64,000 bases of DNA from Squalus acanthias (taxonomy: Eukaryota): positions 30,070,001 through 30,134,000 of the forward strand of contig CM059435.1 of the NCBI GenBank assembly GCA_030390025.1, given 5' to 3'. A model generated the notes under the pieces. It saw only the letters and a list, made by a program, of their open reading frames with translations. It made no database searches and was not told where the DNA came from. A program made the position numbers and the translations under genes. Below are positions 38,010-51,699 of this stretch, in pieces. Numbering within the stretch: position 1 is the stretch's first letter; every line of letters starts with the position of its first letter.

Positions 38010-40184
38010 GTAAGAAATACTTGAGGACAAGATTGATGTGTTTTTCTTCCAACCGGCATTTGTGCATTAATTGCTAATTAAACTCGCCGCATAAAGTTGG
38101 GGCTCGTAATTAACAGCACAAGTACCTTTTTAATAACTAGATTTAAGTTCCTGCAATGCTACTCAATCTCTCTAGCTCAGAAAGGGAACAATTGAAACTG
38201 TGGAATCTTATTCCATCATGTTAAGATGTTTTAAACTTAATTTTTACTTTCTTTTAATTCTTTTCCTTTGTCTCTTTTATCTCTCTCCTAATTCAATCTT
38301 TCTTTCCCTCTTTATTTATCTTTCGGCACTTGATTTGAACTCGCCCTATTTCCTTCTTTGTCGTTCCTGTTTCTTTCTCGGTCCTTAAATCTCATTGGTT
38401 AACGAGATAGACGGTTGGTCCCGTCATTCACTAAGGTCCTAGTTGCCCCGTTCTCCGCTTGCACTTCCAGGAACTTGCAGGGTAGTTTTCTTTTTCGAGT
38501 TGAATGGTGAGCTTAAAAGTGCAACAGGGCATGCTGCGAGCTGCCCTGCTCCAGCAAAATCTGGGCCATAATGTCCAGATGCTGTTAGCTTCCCAGTTGC
38601 CAGCTGGAAACAGCTTGACTGTCCATCCTCCTTGAGTGTGCTGGCAGGGCAGTGGGGTTGGGGGGGGCGCGGTGGTGGGAAGCCAGACAAATGGGAGAAA
38701 ATTACCTCCAAAAAAGGACCAGATAAAATATTCACTGGTTTCTTGCATTTTTGTGGAATCATAATTTGTTATAATTTTTTATGATTATACCCTACAAGTA
38801 AGTGTATTCTGAAAGCCACAGGTATGCAGTACTCTGAGTTAAATGCAGTTGGCAGCAGAGTTAAATGCCTTTACAGATTTGACTCTCTGCCACTGCTTGC
38901 TAAGGGGTGTGAATATTCATTTCACCTGCTACCAGTTTGGCCCCATGAGCCGGGCCACCCCTTGTAACAAGTTGGCAGTTGTAAGTGTTAGAATTCTTTA
39001 TTCCCTTCTCGTGCTGTACGCAGTTCTGCAGTGAGATGGGCAGTTGAACACTCCCAGGCTTCAGGCAATGCAGAACCATTCCTGTCATCGGGAAGGTTTG
39101 CGGGAGAGGCCAGGATAACTTTTCACATTTTTCCCCCCTTTTCACTTCTGGTTAGAAACCTCTGAGACGGCATGCCTGACATCTGGAAATTGTTATGGGT
39201 GTGAACTAGCAGACGAGACCATTTTGCTAACTTTGTGCAGCTTTTTAATAAGTTTTTCTGCGTTTTGCAGAGGCACTTGTATCCACCAGCTATTAAAAAG
39301 CTGGAACTTTTAGCCTTGTTCAGGATGACCAGGAGCATACTGCTCTTTTTTTTTAAAGTGTGCATGTAGGGAGTTTTACTGTGTTCCAGCTACTTAAGTA
39401 ATAAATCACCTTGAGCTTGCTGTCACATGGTCAAGCCCAAGTGTGCTTCTAGCTGTTGTTTTACAGAGAATTTAGGACATTAGTAATCATTGTGCATCTG
39501 GAGTGAAGGGAGGAATACTTTCAATTGCAGTCCAGTTCTGCAGTGTCTTTTAATGGATTATCACAAACGTATGAAACAAAAATTTCGAAGAATGAGTCTT
39601 TCTTTGCTTTTCTAATGACATTCTCAAAGTGGAGGTATCATTTGAAGATCATTGGTCAAAGTTAACGGTAAATATATGAGTGTCTTTGTGACTATAGTTA
39701 GTTTTCTTAGAATAAATTCTGAATTCTTCAGTGAATAGATATCATTCTGATTAACACCCTCCAAATTACCAATGTATCTTTTTTTAAACAATTTACTGAG
39801 GAGACACTGACGTCATATTCATGAGAAGAGCTGCTTGTGGGTGGGTACTTCTGAAAAACTGAATGTCTACTGTTTAAAAATAAACTTTGCCTCAGAAACC
39901 AAAATGTAAGTCAGCTGTTGTATCTGAAATCATTTACAACTATGGTACTAGCCATAAACAAGTGAACTTTAGATAATTGCCTCCAGACCCATTTCTTTGT
40001 CCTCCTAACTTCCTTTGCAAGTATTCATAGCTCAAGATTTGCTATTTTAAAACATCAGCGGAGACCCATGCCATTTCTGTTGAGGTTATTGTTTGCAACA
40101 AAGAAAGAGCACTTGCTAAACTTAGACTTGCAATCACAAGCAAAGGAAAAATCTCTAGGTGTAAAAATGTCATTTTGTTGCTAG

Positions 40185-40257
40185 GGTGACTGGCAGACCA
40201 GAGAGGAAGCGATCACACTCGGTGTTGGACTGTGTAATAATGGCTTCATGCATCACG
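40185..40257 (+). CDS. PREX1: PREX1 exon, DEP2 ([24 protein letters not shown])
   Basis: ttgttgctag acceptor, gtaatc donor; 73 nt, phase 0/1. Confidence 0.95.
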
Positions 40258-41804
40258 GTAATCAATCAAAGAAACAAAAAAAATCTTTCTTCAAATGCAT
40301 TTTCAATGTTTATCATAATTAAGTTGACAGTCAGTACTTAAGGTGTCCTGCAGTTCCCTTTGTTCTTTGCAGACTTTTAAATTTATGTTTCATAATTTGC
40401 TCACTCCAACAAACATTGCCGCCACCCCGCACCCCAAAAAAAAGCTAGTTGGATCACACCAGTCACAGATTTCACTATCTCAGTTGACCTCCCCAGTTGT
40501 GTTGAAGAACTATGGGGGGCCAGGTCGGGGGTGTGGGGGAGGTGGTGGTGGGGCGGGTGGGTGTTCGGCTTTGTGCAGTTTCCTTCCCCTCTTCCTCCTA
40601 AAGGTGGTTAATTATCTTCTTAGAAATGTTCAACCCAAACAGTCAGTCAGGAGCTCATGAAACATACCACTGCCTTTGAAAGCTTTCATTGAAACCCACA
40701 ATTACAGGGTGAGCGTTGAGTAACTCTTTGTTACTGGCATTGCTTATGCCCATTTCCGTTTTTTTATGACCGTGCATTGAAACAGCGAGGTTATTCTATC
40801 CACTAACTTGGCTGGGATGTTAAACTAATTCATTGCACACTTTTGGTTAATAAATTGGAGCAGAGTCTCCTGATATTGTATGATTTTTGTGTTTGTGAAG
40901 TCTGCCATAGGGTGTATCTCAAATTGTGCATATTTGTCAAACAATCTACAATGTGTCCCTTTTTCTCTCTGGAACTACAGCAGTGATGATGCTCTGTTAA
41001 GCTTTGTGGTTTGGCAAATATTTGTAATATTCCTGCATGTGCATTGCTGCCACTTAGTAATTCCTTTTGCACTGGGATAATGGCACTGTGCACAGTACCA
41101 ACCCGGTCACACCATAATCCTGCAAACAATGTGATATACGTTGGTAATCATATCAAATGTTATTGGCAACATGGCCGCTCCCTCTGACTCTCACTCCCCC
41201 ACTCAGACCAAAAATTGACCTGAATTGAAAATCAACATTGGCCAACTGGAAGGGAAACTGCATATTTCAAATCCTAGAGTAGATTATGTTACTCACGAGT
41301 TATTGATGCTTCTAGATTGTAAACAATTGCCATTCCCCAAATTTTTGTGGTAAGAAATGTTATTTCATGTTTGGCAAAGGACTAACTATGTCGGGGTGAA
41401 TTCAGATGTTGAGTCAAAAGGGGAAAAAAAAAGTTCACTTTTATGCTTGAAATGAACCAAAATGCCCATGCCACACATTTTTATCTGCTTTTTAGGGATT
41501 TTTTTCATTACATTTCATTTTATTGCTGTACTTCACTGAATTACATGAAGGTAAACCTATTTACGAGTGAACTATTTGACTTGTTTATAATGGGTGTTAG
41601 ATTTCTGTTGGTTTTGTTTCATGGTAATATTTTGAATTAGTTGTAGAAGGCGATATAAAAATGATTTAATGACAACTCTCTGGTTATAATGGCAATTTTA
41701 TGAGGCTGTCTTTTTTTTTAGACTATGTAGTAGTGTACTGACTTTCCTTTTGTATTAGGAAAAGGCCTATGTTATTGTTCAGTTTAAATTTTTAATTTTA
41801 ACAG

Positions 41805-41947
41805 TGCTGGAGAAAAGTGAATTCAAGGATGAATCCCAGTTCTTTCGCTTTTATGCTGATGAAGAAATGGAAGGGACCAGCTCCAAAAACAAACAGCTGC
41901 GGAATGACTTCAGATTGGTTGAAAACATCCTTGTTAAATCCCTTCTG
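41805..41947 (+). CDS. PREX1: PREX1 exon, DEP2 end/linker ([47 protein letters not shown])
   Basis: ttttaacag acceptor, gtaagc donor; 143 nt, phase 1/0. Confidence 0.96.
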
Positions 41948-44159
41948 GTAAGCAGATAAATGATTGTTTTTGCATTTGATATGGGAGACTTTTCCATGCT
42001 GTTATCCAAGTGTTGCAGCTGATGGATTGGAGACTTGAACAAAATGCTTTAGTAAGACTGATTAGGTCAGTGCATGGGAAGTTAACCTTCTAAGTACTTG
42101 ACACTTTTCTTGCAATTGTATACATTTTCAATTACAATTTAAAAAAAAAAACACATCGCTATCCAGTGTTGTGAAAAAGGCACACAAGTTTGTAGCCTTG
42201 TTGCTTTGGACTTGATGCCAAGCAAATATAGTACATTTCCTAATTGCTTTCATCTTTGCCTTGTGTTTAAATGAAGACTGCATCGTGAATCCTCGTCTCT
42301 CTTTCCTCCTCGGTTGTGAGTTTAATTCTTTGATTATTTGTGTTCCCTCTCTGCAATGAAGAGACTAGGAAGAATATTTGCTCCTAAGCTCTGATCCAGA
42401 TGCTGGGAGATCTATAAGGGTGATTTGAATAAATCTTTTTCCACATTTACTTTGTTGAAAAGAAATGCCTTGCCTCCAGTTGCATCTTCCACTCCATTTG
42501 GCTGGTTTCTGGTGATCCTGTTTTTAGGCAATTATGGTTGTAAGTCCAAGTGCAGTGAGTCAGTACATCGAAATGGTGCTGCAAGTGTATGAAGCTTTGT
42601 GGTACGGTTGAGGGAAAAGTGAAGAGCAGGGTGGGATTGGAGGGTAAAACTGACCTAATTAAGCAGGTTATTGGGTGGTCTTGATGTGATCTTAGCTGAC
42701 TTTGAGGCAATTCCAAAAAGCAATGATTGCGCCCTTTACCTGGGAGGATGGGTCTTCATCTGCAGTACAGCAGCTGAAGGTATCTCGGCCAGCTTTAACA
42801 TTGCTGATCAACTGTTGAAATATATTTTTGGGGTGAGTGATTTGCTGCTAAATGTCACTGCTCACCTGAATTATGTTTTCGGCTGCAAATCGAAGACTTG
42901 GTGATATTTAAAGATTTTATGGTTTTTCAATATTCATGTTTGCCTCTTGGATTACCCTGGCACAGTGTTGCTGTGCTTGATGTTGCATTCTCCCTTGCTT
43001 TGTCAAAATCTGTAGAGGAATACTTCAAGAGAAGGCCCAAGAAAAGTGAATATTTATTTCAAAAACTGCATTCGGTATTCAGCTTGTATTTTAAACTGTT
43101 CTCCTTTTTGAAGGCAATGATTGACTGATGTTGGAGTAAAGTTCCACAGGATCATCTTCATGCCTGACTTGATGGGCTATTTGTGCTGAAATTCCATCTA
43201 AGTTGGATAGTTTTCTCCCCCAGTAGCTGCACATGTAGATACTTTAATTCAGTAGTGGTCAGTGGATGGTGCTGGGGACCAGGACCACTATCTAAGTTTG
43301 TTTTCTCCTGTCTAGACTAGGAGTGATTCCATTTGTAGTATCTCTACAGCAACCTCAGCTGAAATAAGTAGCTGCTCGTGCATAACAGATTAAACCTGGG
43401 AATTTCCTAGTCTGTTTGGATCAGTACCGTGCCATATGGTGTAATTGTCCATTGAGCCGACAGGAAGTCCTGCATGATGTTTTCAAATACAGAAGTAAGT
43501 CAGAGCAGGGCAAACTTTTCTCGACCAAGAAATAGCATACATAATCCCGTACGCCGTTAAGGACAGATGTGCAGGAATTTATGAATTCACCCACAGTGGA
43601 AAGCTGATGGATCAAATGGAAGCTCTGCTGCCTGAGGTTTTCCCCCAGAAGCAAAGAAAGATGTTGCCCACTACCAACAAAATAGTTATCGCAATCCCCA
43701 GTGGACAAATGGTTGCATTGGACTTGTGTACTTTGCTTTATTGGAGATGCAGTTAATTTGACTGCACCGGGTCTAAACTGGATCTGAATTTGGTAATCCC
43801 ATGAGCCATTTGAATTGTGCTTCAGTAGTTTCATGTTTCATGGGCACTGAAAATATGAATGTAACATGTGAGGTTAGATAGGATTATTTGTGTTATGTTT
43901 TTAAACTGTATTTAAGAGATCATTGCATATCAATGCCTAACATGATTTTTAGTTCAAAATTTAACCTTACTTGTTTTGGTGGATGGAAGCATTGAGAGCA
44001 TTTAACCAGATTTTAAATATTGAAGTGGGATTGGATTCCAGCTGTCATAGCTTTGCTGATTAGTGATTTTTAGAGGAAGTAGAGCAGGAATGAAGAAATA
44101 TTTGTGAACTGGAGACGTCATGCTGATGAGTGGTAGGTTTAAAAATGTACAGCTAGGCC

Positions 44160-44520
44160 TCTTGCAATAGCTTAGTTGATAAAGGTTCAATGTGGAACTG
44201 AGCCATCCAGACTGGCAAGAACTCTGGTTCAACCCCTGCTGTGTGCTAAAGTGGCTGATAATCTGGGTCGTGGTAGGGATGCTACAATTGGTCCCATACA
44301 CGAAGGAAGGGAAATTTCAGCTAGGTTCCTGCTCCTGATCACTATGCAGTAATTCTAATTGATCGAATGTTTGTTGCGAACAAGTTCATGCTTGGCAGTG
44401 AAACCCTTCACGAGTCAAATGGAGTGCTGATATTATTTAGGCTCACACATGAATAACAGTCAATAGGGCAAGGTACTGGCAAAAATGCTTGATGCCTGCT
44501 AAAATGTAGACCTCAATAGA
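44160..44520 (+). mobile_element. Old tRNA-derived SINE
   Basis: A-box-like tagcttagttg and B-box-like ggttcaacccc head; body shared with 17860-18030. Confidence 0.5.
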
Positions 44521-46504
44521 ATATTTCTTTCTAAGATCATTTAAAGGTTAACATAACTGTTTTCGCTTTTCAAAACTGAACTTAAAGTTTGGTTGACGCA
44601 CCCTTATCATAAGTGCTCTGATTGGTGAGAGTTATTTGTCATGCTTTGAACACTGAATACAAATTCCGGAGACCCAATCAGTTTTATAGTCCTGTTCTGA
44701 AACACTGTTTCAAACAACCTCCTACAGATGTCCATATCAACATCCTGATATTGTCTTGGACTCTTATCATCTGGCAGCAGTGGGCCTCCCTTTGTAGCCA
44801 TACAAAGCTTTTCCATTTCTTTTGGCTGCTGAGATAAATTCTCCAAACAAAACTCTATGGGTGTGGAGACTTCTTGGATAGGAGTGCAATTGGAAATGGG
44901 GCTGCAACACTAAGACACATTCTGTGATTGGTGCTTCTCTCTAACCAGCCTTCACACGAAGAGCACAGCCTCATGAAATACTCCTAATGTCTTACTTGCT
45001 TTGAAAGTATATAATTTTGAATGCTTTTTTGTTACAGGCAGCCCTGCCTGAATGCTGATTTATTTTGATTCCTTATATATGTAGAATTCTGCTGATTAAA
45101 ATGTTGCCTGCAATTTTGGGGAGGTCCAACTATCTTAACAGCTTTTTGGAAGTGAAATCCTCCCACTTTTTCCCCATTGTTGCCTTGTCTCCTTTTCAAA
45201 TATTATGCTACATGAAAGCCTATTGAAGGATTGCCTTTAATTTGATTAGCCTGCTGACACTATGTGACGTCCAGAAATCATTCAATAGCCTTCAACTTCC
45301 ACGCTTAAATGTGAGCAGAATGGTAGCTTCAGTATCTTTGTCTAAATCCAGGAAATTCCTTGCGATAAATTCGATTTCTGATTTGCTACGTGTCAAAATC
45401 TAGCTTGTCCCCAGTGTTTCAGAATTAATTTGATTCCTCTGCAGATATTGCCTTATGCTTATGACCAATATCCTAATTTATTTCAATTGCATTTGGCATA
45501 ATGAAAGTGTACTTGGACCGTTGCTAAAACTATGTGACGTGTTCAGAAGAAATTGAATTTACTTCTCAATGTCAGAACAGGGTATGGATTGACAAGTCGT
45601 TAAATGGGATCGCTGGGGGAAGATTCTTGTTTCCTGGGATAGCTGGTGGTTTGGTTTTTTAGTATATTCACACTTTTCTCAAGTGATGAAATGTGTCTGA
45701 GTGCACTAAACCAGCTCTGATTTTTCTTTTAAAAAGCTTGGATCTAATTAGTAATTCTCAGCATTGTACACGAATGCTGTCTTGAAAGTTTAAGCAACCA
45801 TTTCAATTTAGTTGAACTGAGATTTTCCTCCTCCCATATTCTATTTTTTATTTTCTGCTGCTTCCTTTTTAAGATGAAAGCGAATAAAAGCCAAGGGGCT
45901 AAAATAAGGTCCATTGTAACAGTTAACTTAGATTTTAATTTTTATGTGAAACTATAAGGTTTTAAGCAACTCCACAATACATAGACTAGTTGAAATCTAC
46001 ATCTTTGGCCATTGACATTAGTTACTTTGTGACCTCTACATGATAAGTAGTTTAATGCAATGATAACAAGCTGGTTATGTTGTAGCTATGCTAGTGATGT
46101 CAAAGACTCTGAGTTTGCTAGGCTTTTAAATTTCAATTAATTATGGTTGGAACAAGCTGAACTTTAATTTGCCAAAGTCGTCATAGGCAGGCTTTGTAGC
46201 AGTGAGCGCAAAATGCTGGACGTATAAGCCTAGATTTTCTAATCGGAAATATTTTAGCACCAGCAACAGCCCATTTATTTTTAACGGATTGTCAGTGGTG
46301 TTAAAACAGTGCCAATCAAAATCAAGGCTGTGGAGCGTCGAACAGAACAGTTTATTCATTGAAACGCAAGAGAAAGATTCAAGCCCTGGAAGCATGTTAG
46401 AACAAGGCCATGAAGCTGGTCTTTACTGTCAAAGGTTTGAGTTGTGTGAAAAGGTTAAAAAACTCAACTCTTCAGCATTGAGAGGGGCCTTACAGACTTG
46501 TGTG

Positions 46505-46810
46505 AAACATAGAAACATAGAATCTAGGAGCAGGAGTAGGCCATTCGGCCCGTCGAGCCTGCTCCACCATTCAATACGATCATGGCTGATCATCCAAGTC
46601 CAGTACCCTGTCCCTGCTTTAATCCCCACAGTACACATATCCCACCCTACCCCCGTAACCCCACGTATTTAATTCCCCCTAACATATCCCATCCTATCCC
46701 CATAACCCCTCATATTTAATCCCCCCCTAACACTAAGGGTCAATTTATCATAGCCAAATCAACCTAACCCGCACATTTTTGGACTGTGGGAGGAAACCGG
46801 AGCACCCGGA
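46505..46810 (-). mobile_element. V-SINE (HE1-like), 5'-truncated, with CR1-type tail
   Basis: Minus strand tccgggtgctccggtttcctcccacagtccaaa (V-domain core), then the atcagccatgatc..ggcctactcctgctcc..tctatgtttctatgtt tail shared with the CR1 at 54215-54300. Confidence 0.8.
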
Positions 46811-47632
46811 TCGTCATGGACAAGGGAACATGGCTTCAAACTGGTTAAAGGCAAGTTCAGGATTGATGTCAGGAAGAGTATCACCCAAAGAGTCATTAAT
46901 ACCTGGAATCATCTCCGTATGGGCACTGGCTGTAAAAACTTTCATTCAGCAATCGGATGTTGTGATCGGAGACCTAAGGTTTTTATGGAACGATAGGCTG
47001 AATGTCTGTCTTCATCTATGATCCATTGCTGCATCTCTTGATGGTTGGCATCATGCAATGTTTGATTGCCCTCCATTACCTCCATCATCTTTTCTCCACC
47101 TGGGCTAGAAAAGGTTTCAACTGATAGGTTTAACAGCCTATCAGTTGTTGAATAGGTTTCAGTAGTCAGTCTTTGTCACACGTGATCCTTTACATTATCC
47201 CTTCAACTGTGCACTATTCTGTTCACCTTCCAATGTTTCTGATTCTAATAAGTATTTGCAAAGGAAGGACAAAAAGGAAACTGGGTAAGGGCAAGGAAAT
47301 AAGATTGGAGGAGCTCTAGTTGAAGAGCTAACAGCAGCACAGGCGAGATTAATTGTATGATCTACTAATGCTCTTTTGTTAATCACAGACTGGGGACCTT
47401 GCCAAATTGCCTTGTGTTTGTAGCATTAATAAATCATTATGGATGTTTTATGTTTGTGAAGGATAATGAGTAACTCACCAGCCCTAAATTAAAAACTTAA
47501 TAAAGTCAAAAGGTTTAGTGGGGAGCTGTTGACTGTGACGTTTTAGAAGTGTCTCACTTAGAAGTTGGCTTCCTCTATTTATAGTATGCTTCAGGTGATT
47601 TCTCCCATAGAAAATTACAATAAATTAGTATG

Positions 47633-47857
47633 AAGTTTGGAAAGAGGTGTTCTCCCTCGGCGTAAAATGTAGTGATGATCAAATTTGATGGGGTAAAGAA
47701 AAACTCTGAGCAACCAGGAGTTTAAATCTAATTTCGGCGGCGGTATGAAACCGGCACGAGCGGATCGGCCGTCGGTTATTCACCCTGCCTGATTTTCCTT
47801 TCCATTGACTGCAGTGGACTGATCTTGCCCCTAGGGAGAACACCTCTTTTCAAACTT
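47633..47857. mobile_element. MITE-like element with 25-bp terminal inverted repeats
   Basis: aagtttggaaagaggtgttctccct (47633-47657) matches the reverse complement of 47833-47857 at 24/25 positions. Confidence 0.75.
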
Positions 47858-48220
47858 TAGAGCAAGTGTGTCAAAAAATGCAGTAAACCATTGTAATTTA
47901 AAAAAAAAGCTTGAATCTGATTAGAATTATTATATGAATTGTATTTAAACAAAACATGAATGCTCCTCAGTGGCAATCAATATGATTCCAAATTCAAGTG
48001 CTGAAACCTCACCAGTTGTGACGTTTGTACAGTTCTACAGTTGGATATATTTCCCCCTTCTCCTCCCATTTAAATTGACTTGTTTGGGCTCAGGTGAGCT
48101 GTGGATTAGCATGCTGTGGACGATGGTTTAAATAATTAAAATTAAAGTTTTCAGATACAGTATTTCATATTGTCATAGCAAACGTGGCATTTGTTCTTAA
48201 ATTTTGTTTTCTTTTCCTAG

Positions 48221-48313
48221 ATTTTCCCTGAAGATGAGAGCTACGGGTTTGAAATTGAGGAGAAAAATAAGACCATTGTAGTGAAATCTGTACAAAGTGG
48301 CTCTTCTGCTGAG
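48221..48313 (+). CDS. PREX1: PREX1 exon, PDZ1 start ([31 protein letters not shown])
   Basis: cttttcctag acceptor, gtaatt donor; 93 nt, phase 0/0. Confidence 0.95.
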
Positions 48314-48514
48314 GTAATTTCTCCGTTTTGCTCTGCTGCCCATATTGACATTCAGATCCAATGAACAGAACAGCCCCAGCGATATGGACACCAAGTTACC
48401 TGCCACTGCACAAAAAAGACTTGCAATATTTGGCTTCCATGTAGCAGTAGAGCAAGAGTGGAAGTATTCAAGTGTTAACTAATTTAGGACCTTGCAGTTC
48501 AGCATATTTATAAA

Positions 48515-48980
48515 GGGCGATGGAGAGGCCGCAAGGTTTAGAGAGGGAATTCCAGAGCTTTAGGGCCTAGACTGCTGAAGGCACGGCCGCCAATGGTGAG
48601 GCAAAGGAAGTCGGGGATGCACAAGAGCCAACTATTGGAGGAACAGAGTTCTCAGACAGTTGTAGGGCTGGAGGAGGTTACAAAGATAGGGACGGGCAAG
48701 GCCATGGAGGGATTTGAAGACGAGGATAAGAATTGTAAGTTTGAGGTGTTTGTCGATTCTGAGCCAATGCAGGTCAGCCAGCACCAGGGCAATGGATGAA
48801 TGGGATGGTGTGAGTTACGATATGGGCTGCAGAGTTTTGGATGAGCTCAGGTTTCTGGAAGATTTGGAATAATTGCGTCTGGAGGTAACCAAAGTATAGG
48901 CAAGGGTTTCAGCAGCAGTTGGACAGATGTAGCGGCGGAGACAGACGATATTACACAGGTGGAAATGGGCGGTATTGCAG
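48515..48980 (-). mobile_element. L2 LINE 3' fragment
   Basis: Similar to 15060-15400; track ORF 48815..49045 has AAETLAYTLVTSRRNYS (L2 ORF2 motif). Confidence 0.7.
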
Positions 48981-49843
48981 CTTAATGATTCATATTCAGG
49001 GTTTTTCCTCACCAACCGTTTGCTTGGTCTATTGAAGGCGCACACGTGTGAAAGACAGGAGTTCTCATTTCAAGGGGATGCTTTCGTAATGCCCCGGTTT
49101 ACACTATCGCAGGTATAGGGCAGTGTAAGTCAATTTCCCATGAAAGCAAGACGCCATTGAACCCAAGACTTATCTACAGCAAACCCAAATTTGTAACAAG
49201 AAGTTAACTTATCACAAAATAATGCAGTAGATCTAGATAAAGAAAAGGTTTCAGTAGTGATCAAATCAACAGCAGCTCATTTTAATGTCTTTAAAAAAAA
49301 AAAACAATTTTGAGCCAAAGGAACTGCTAGATTAATGAATGAATTCCAAACTCCAGACCCATGAAGTATACTTATAATTGATGCACATATTTTGGTGGGC
49401 TGTTATCTTATAAGATGAAAACTACTGCATGGCCAAATTAGGGTCATAGTGAAAGCCAATGAGTTTACTATGGCTTGCTAATATTTTGCACAGGTTTAAA
49501 AGCTACAGTCTGGTTTGCATATTTGATACTGTGAGGAAAAACCTAATTATAAAAGTTTTATTTGGCTCCATAATCATATTTGATAGCCCTGGTCATGTGA
49601 ATTTCTTCTTCTGCAAGATGATACACTTGAAATCACATAATGTCATAGGCAACTTACGGTAACTGACTGCTACTCAGTTGGACACGCTATAATTTGCCCG
49701 GTGGGGTTTGTAGATTGAGAGATTATGGTACCAGAGATCTTGTATCAAAACTGTAGTTCAAATCTACACAAGAATTTACGGTTCAGCCTCCAAGATCTTT
49801 TCAAATGTAGAAATGCAGCTACATCAGCGTCCAGCAATTTCTT

Positions 49844-49874
<31 letters not shown>

Positions 49875-51193
49875 CCAGAGGGAGGAGAGGTGCTTTTAGA
49901 GATATTCCTTTTAACTTGATGTACACATTTCCTCGACCAGGTTGCATTTATTATTCAGAAAGACAGCAGCTGTGTCTGTTTCCCCAGTAATAACCTACCA
50001 GTTTTAGACTTCATACAATATAAATGAAAAATCATTTCATGCTTCTCTAATTTAAAAATATTTATAAATTTATGCAAATTCTTTCACAGACACCGTACAG
50101 CCTAAAGCATACTTAAAGTCTGAGCTGTGCCAATTTGTGGTTTGAAAAAGATTTTGGGTGAACTAGATCCTTGTGGTGCTGGTTGTGGTGGATCTGTTTT
50201 GTGGGGCTTAATGGTCGAAATCAAACAGTAGTTATTTTGACATAACCTCAGTTTATTTTATGCTTCTTCTCCTACCTCCCCCCCACCCCTTTTGTTTATA
50301 TAGTTCTTTTTAAAGCATCTCTTGGATGTCTATATTTTGCAAACCAACCTCACTTATACCTGAGAAACCACCGATTATTTTTGTCAACTTTCAATTAGAA
50401 TTTATATTTCCTGCGGATAACCAATTACTTAAGCCTGCCATTGAAAATTCTCATAAAGGCCCATTGTTTAAATGCATCACATAACGAAGCAGATAGACAC
50501 TAGAACTGTATATACACAGAAATACACTCTCTGGAAGTCTGCAGGTGTCTTTGCAAATGAAAGGTTTAACGAGCAAAACAATCTTGGAGAAGTTAAGTGT
50601 TAAATTTGTTCAGTTGCTTTCAAAGTTGCACTTGTAGACGTGGTGAGCACAGCTCACAGGAGACTAGAATACTAAGCACAGATTGCCAGTCTGGTAATAA
50701 ATGACAGAACCTTTAAGGATGCTGGTCACAGTGTCTCAACTGCATTATGATGCAACAGGCTTGTGTAAAAGCTGAGCAGATGTGCTTGATGTAAACCAGG
50801 ATATCAGTTATTTAAGAACAGGAAAAAAAAACCAAATTTAATTAAAACTACATGTTTGCTGTACAAATTTTCCATATTGATGTATTGTTGGATTTCAATA
50901 GCAAGGCTTGCTTTGAATGAAGGGGTCATGGACTTGTTTACTGTGTAATTTGGCCCCAGCCGACTGTAGTTAAAGCCATCCAACTGAAATTGTATGGTTT
51001 GAACTTGTTAGTCTTCCCCTCATACAATGCACATAACCTACAATATCTGCATTTGCTTGTCCTCTATTATGGAGCTGGTTGCCATGAAAGCAGTTCTGAT
51101 TTTATATATAGCCTGGTTTTTATTATAGTGTTCATACTGTGGGCTGAACTTGGACCGTTTTTGAAAATCTGACTCTCTTCATTTGTACTATAG

Positions 51194-51342
51194 ATGGCAG
51201 GTCTTCAGGTTGGAAGGAAGATTTACTCTATCAATGAGGATTTGGTATTCCTTCGACCACTTCTGGAAGTGGAGACTATTCTAAATCAGTTCCATTGCAG
51301 TCGGAGGCCACTGAGGGTGCTGGTTGCAACAAAACCCAAAGA
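51194..51342 (+). CDS. PREX1: PREX1 exon, PDZ1 ([49 protein letters not shown])
   Basis: actatag acceptor, gtgagt donor; 149 nt, phase 0/2. Confidence 0.95.
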
Positions 51343-51699
51343 GTGAGTCATCTCATGTGACCAACTAAAGAAGAAGTTTGTGCAAAACTGTAATGTACCG
51401 TTAGTAATACACTCGTCATCACATCCATTTCTGTAAGCTGCTTAGCATTTGAAAGGGGTTATCTAGTTTAAAATTATATAATCACAATCAATGCATTTCA
51501 AGTGTCCTCACTCCGGTTGCATTAGTCATAAACCTATGTGGATTTTGGGGTGTTGGTGTTGCAGATTGGAACATTTCTACATCTACTGTTGCCATTCGCA
51601 ACTTCCGATCAGTTGTAGTTTATACAGTATTGAGAGTAAAGCTATCTCTACTATGTTATATTTTAACCTCGGCGGAACACCTCTTTTCAGTCCGCAAGC

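Noticed and set aside
39808-39815. Perfect CRE TGACGTCA
   Set aside because: A single 8-mer in 64 kb is about chance expectation, with no supporting context.
44160-44240. Possible tRNA gene
   Set aside because: A/B-box-like motifs, but no cloverleaf or oligo-T terminator; it continues into a SINE body.
49844-49871. (TG)n microsatellite (also 15530-15548, 23763-23783)
   Set aside because: Common simple repeats with no special significance.
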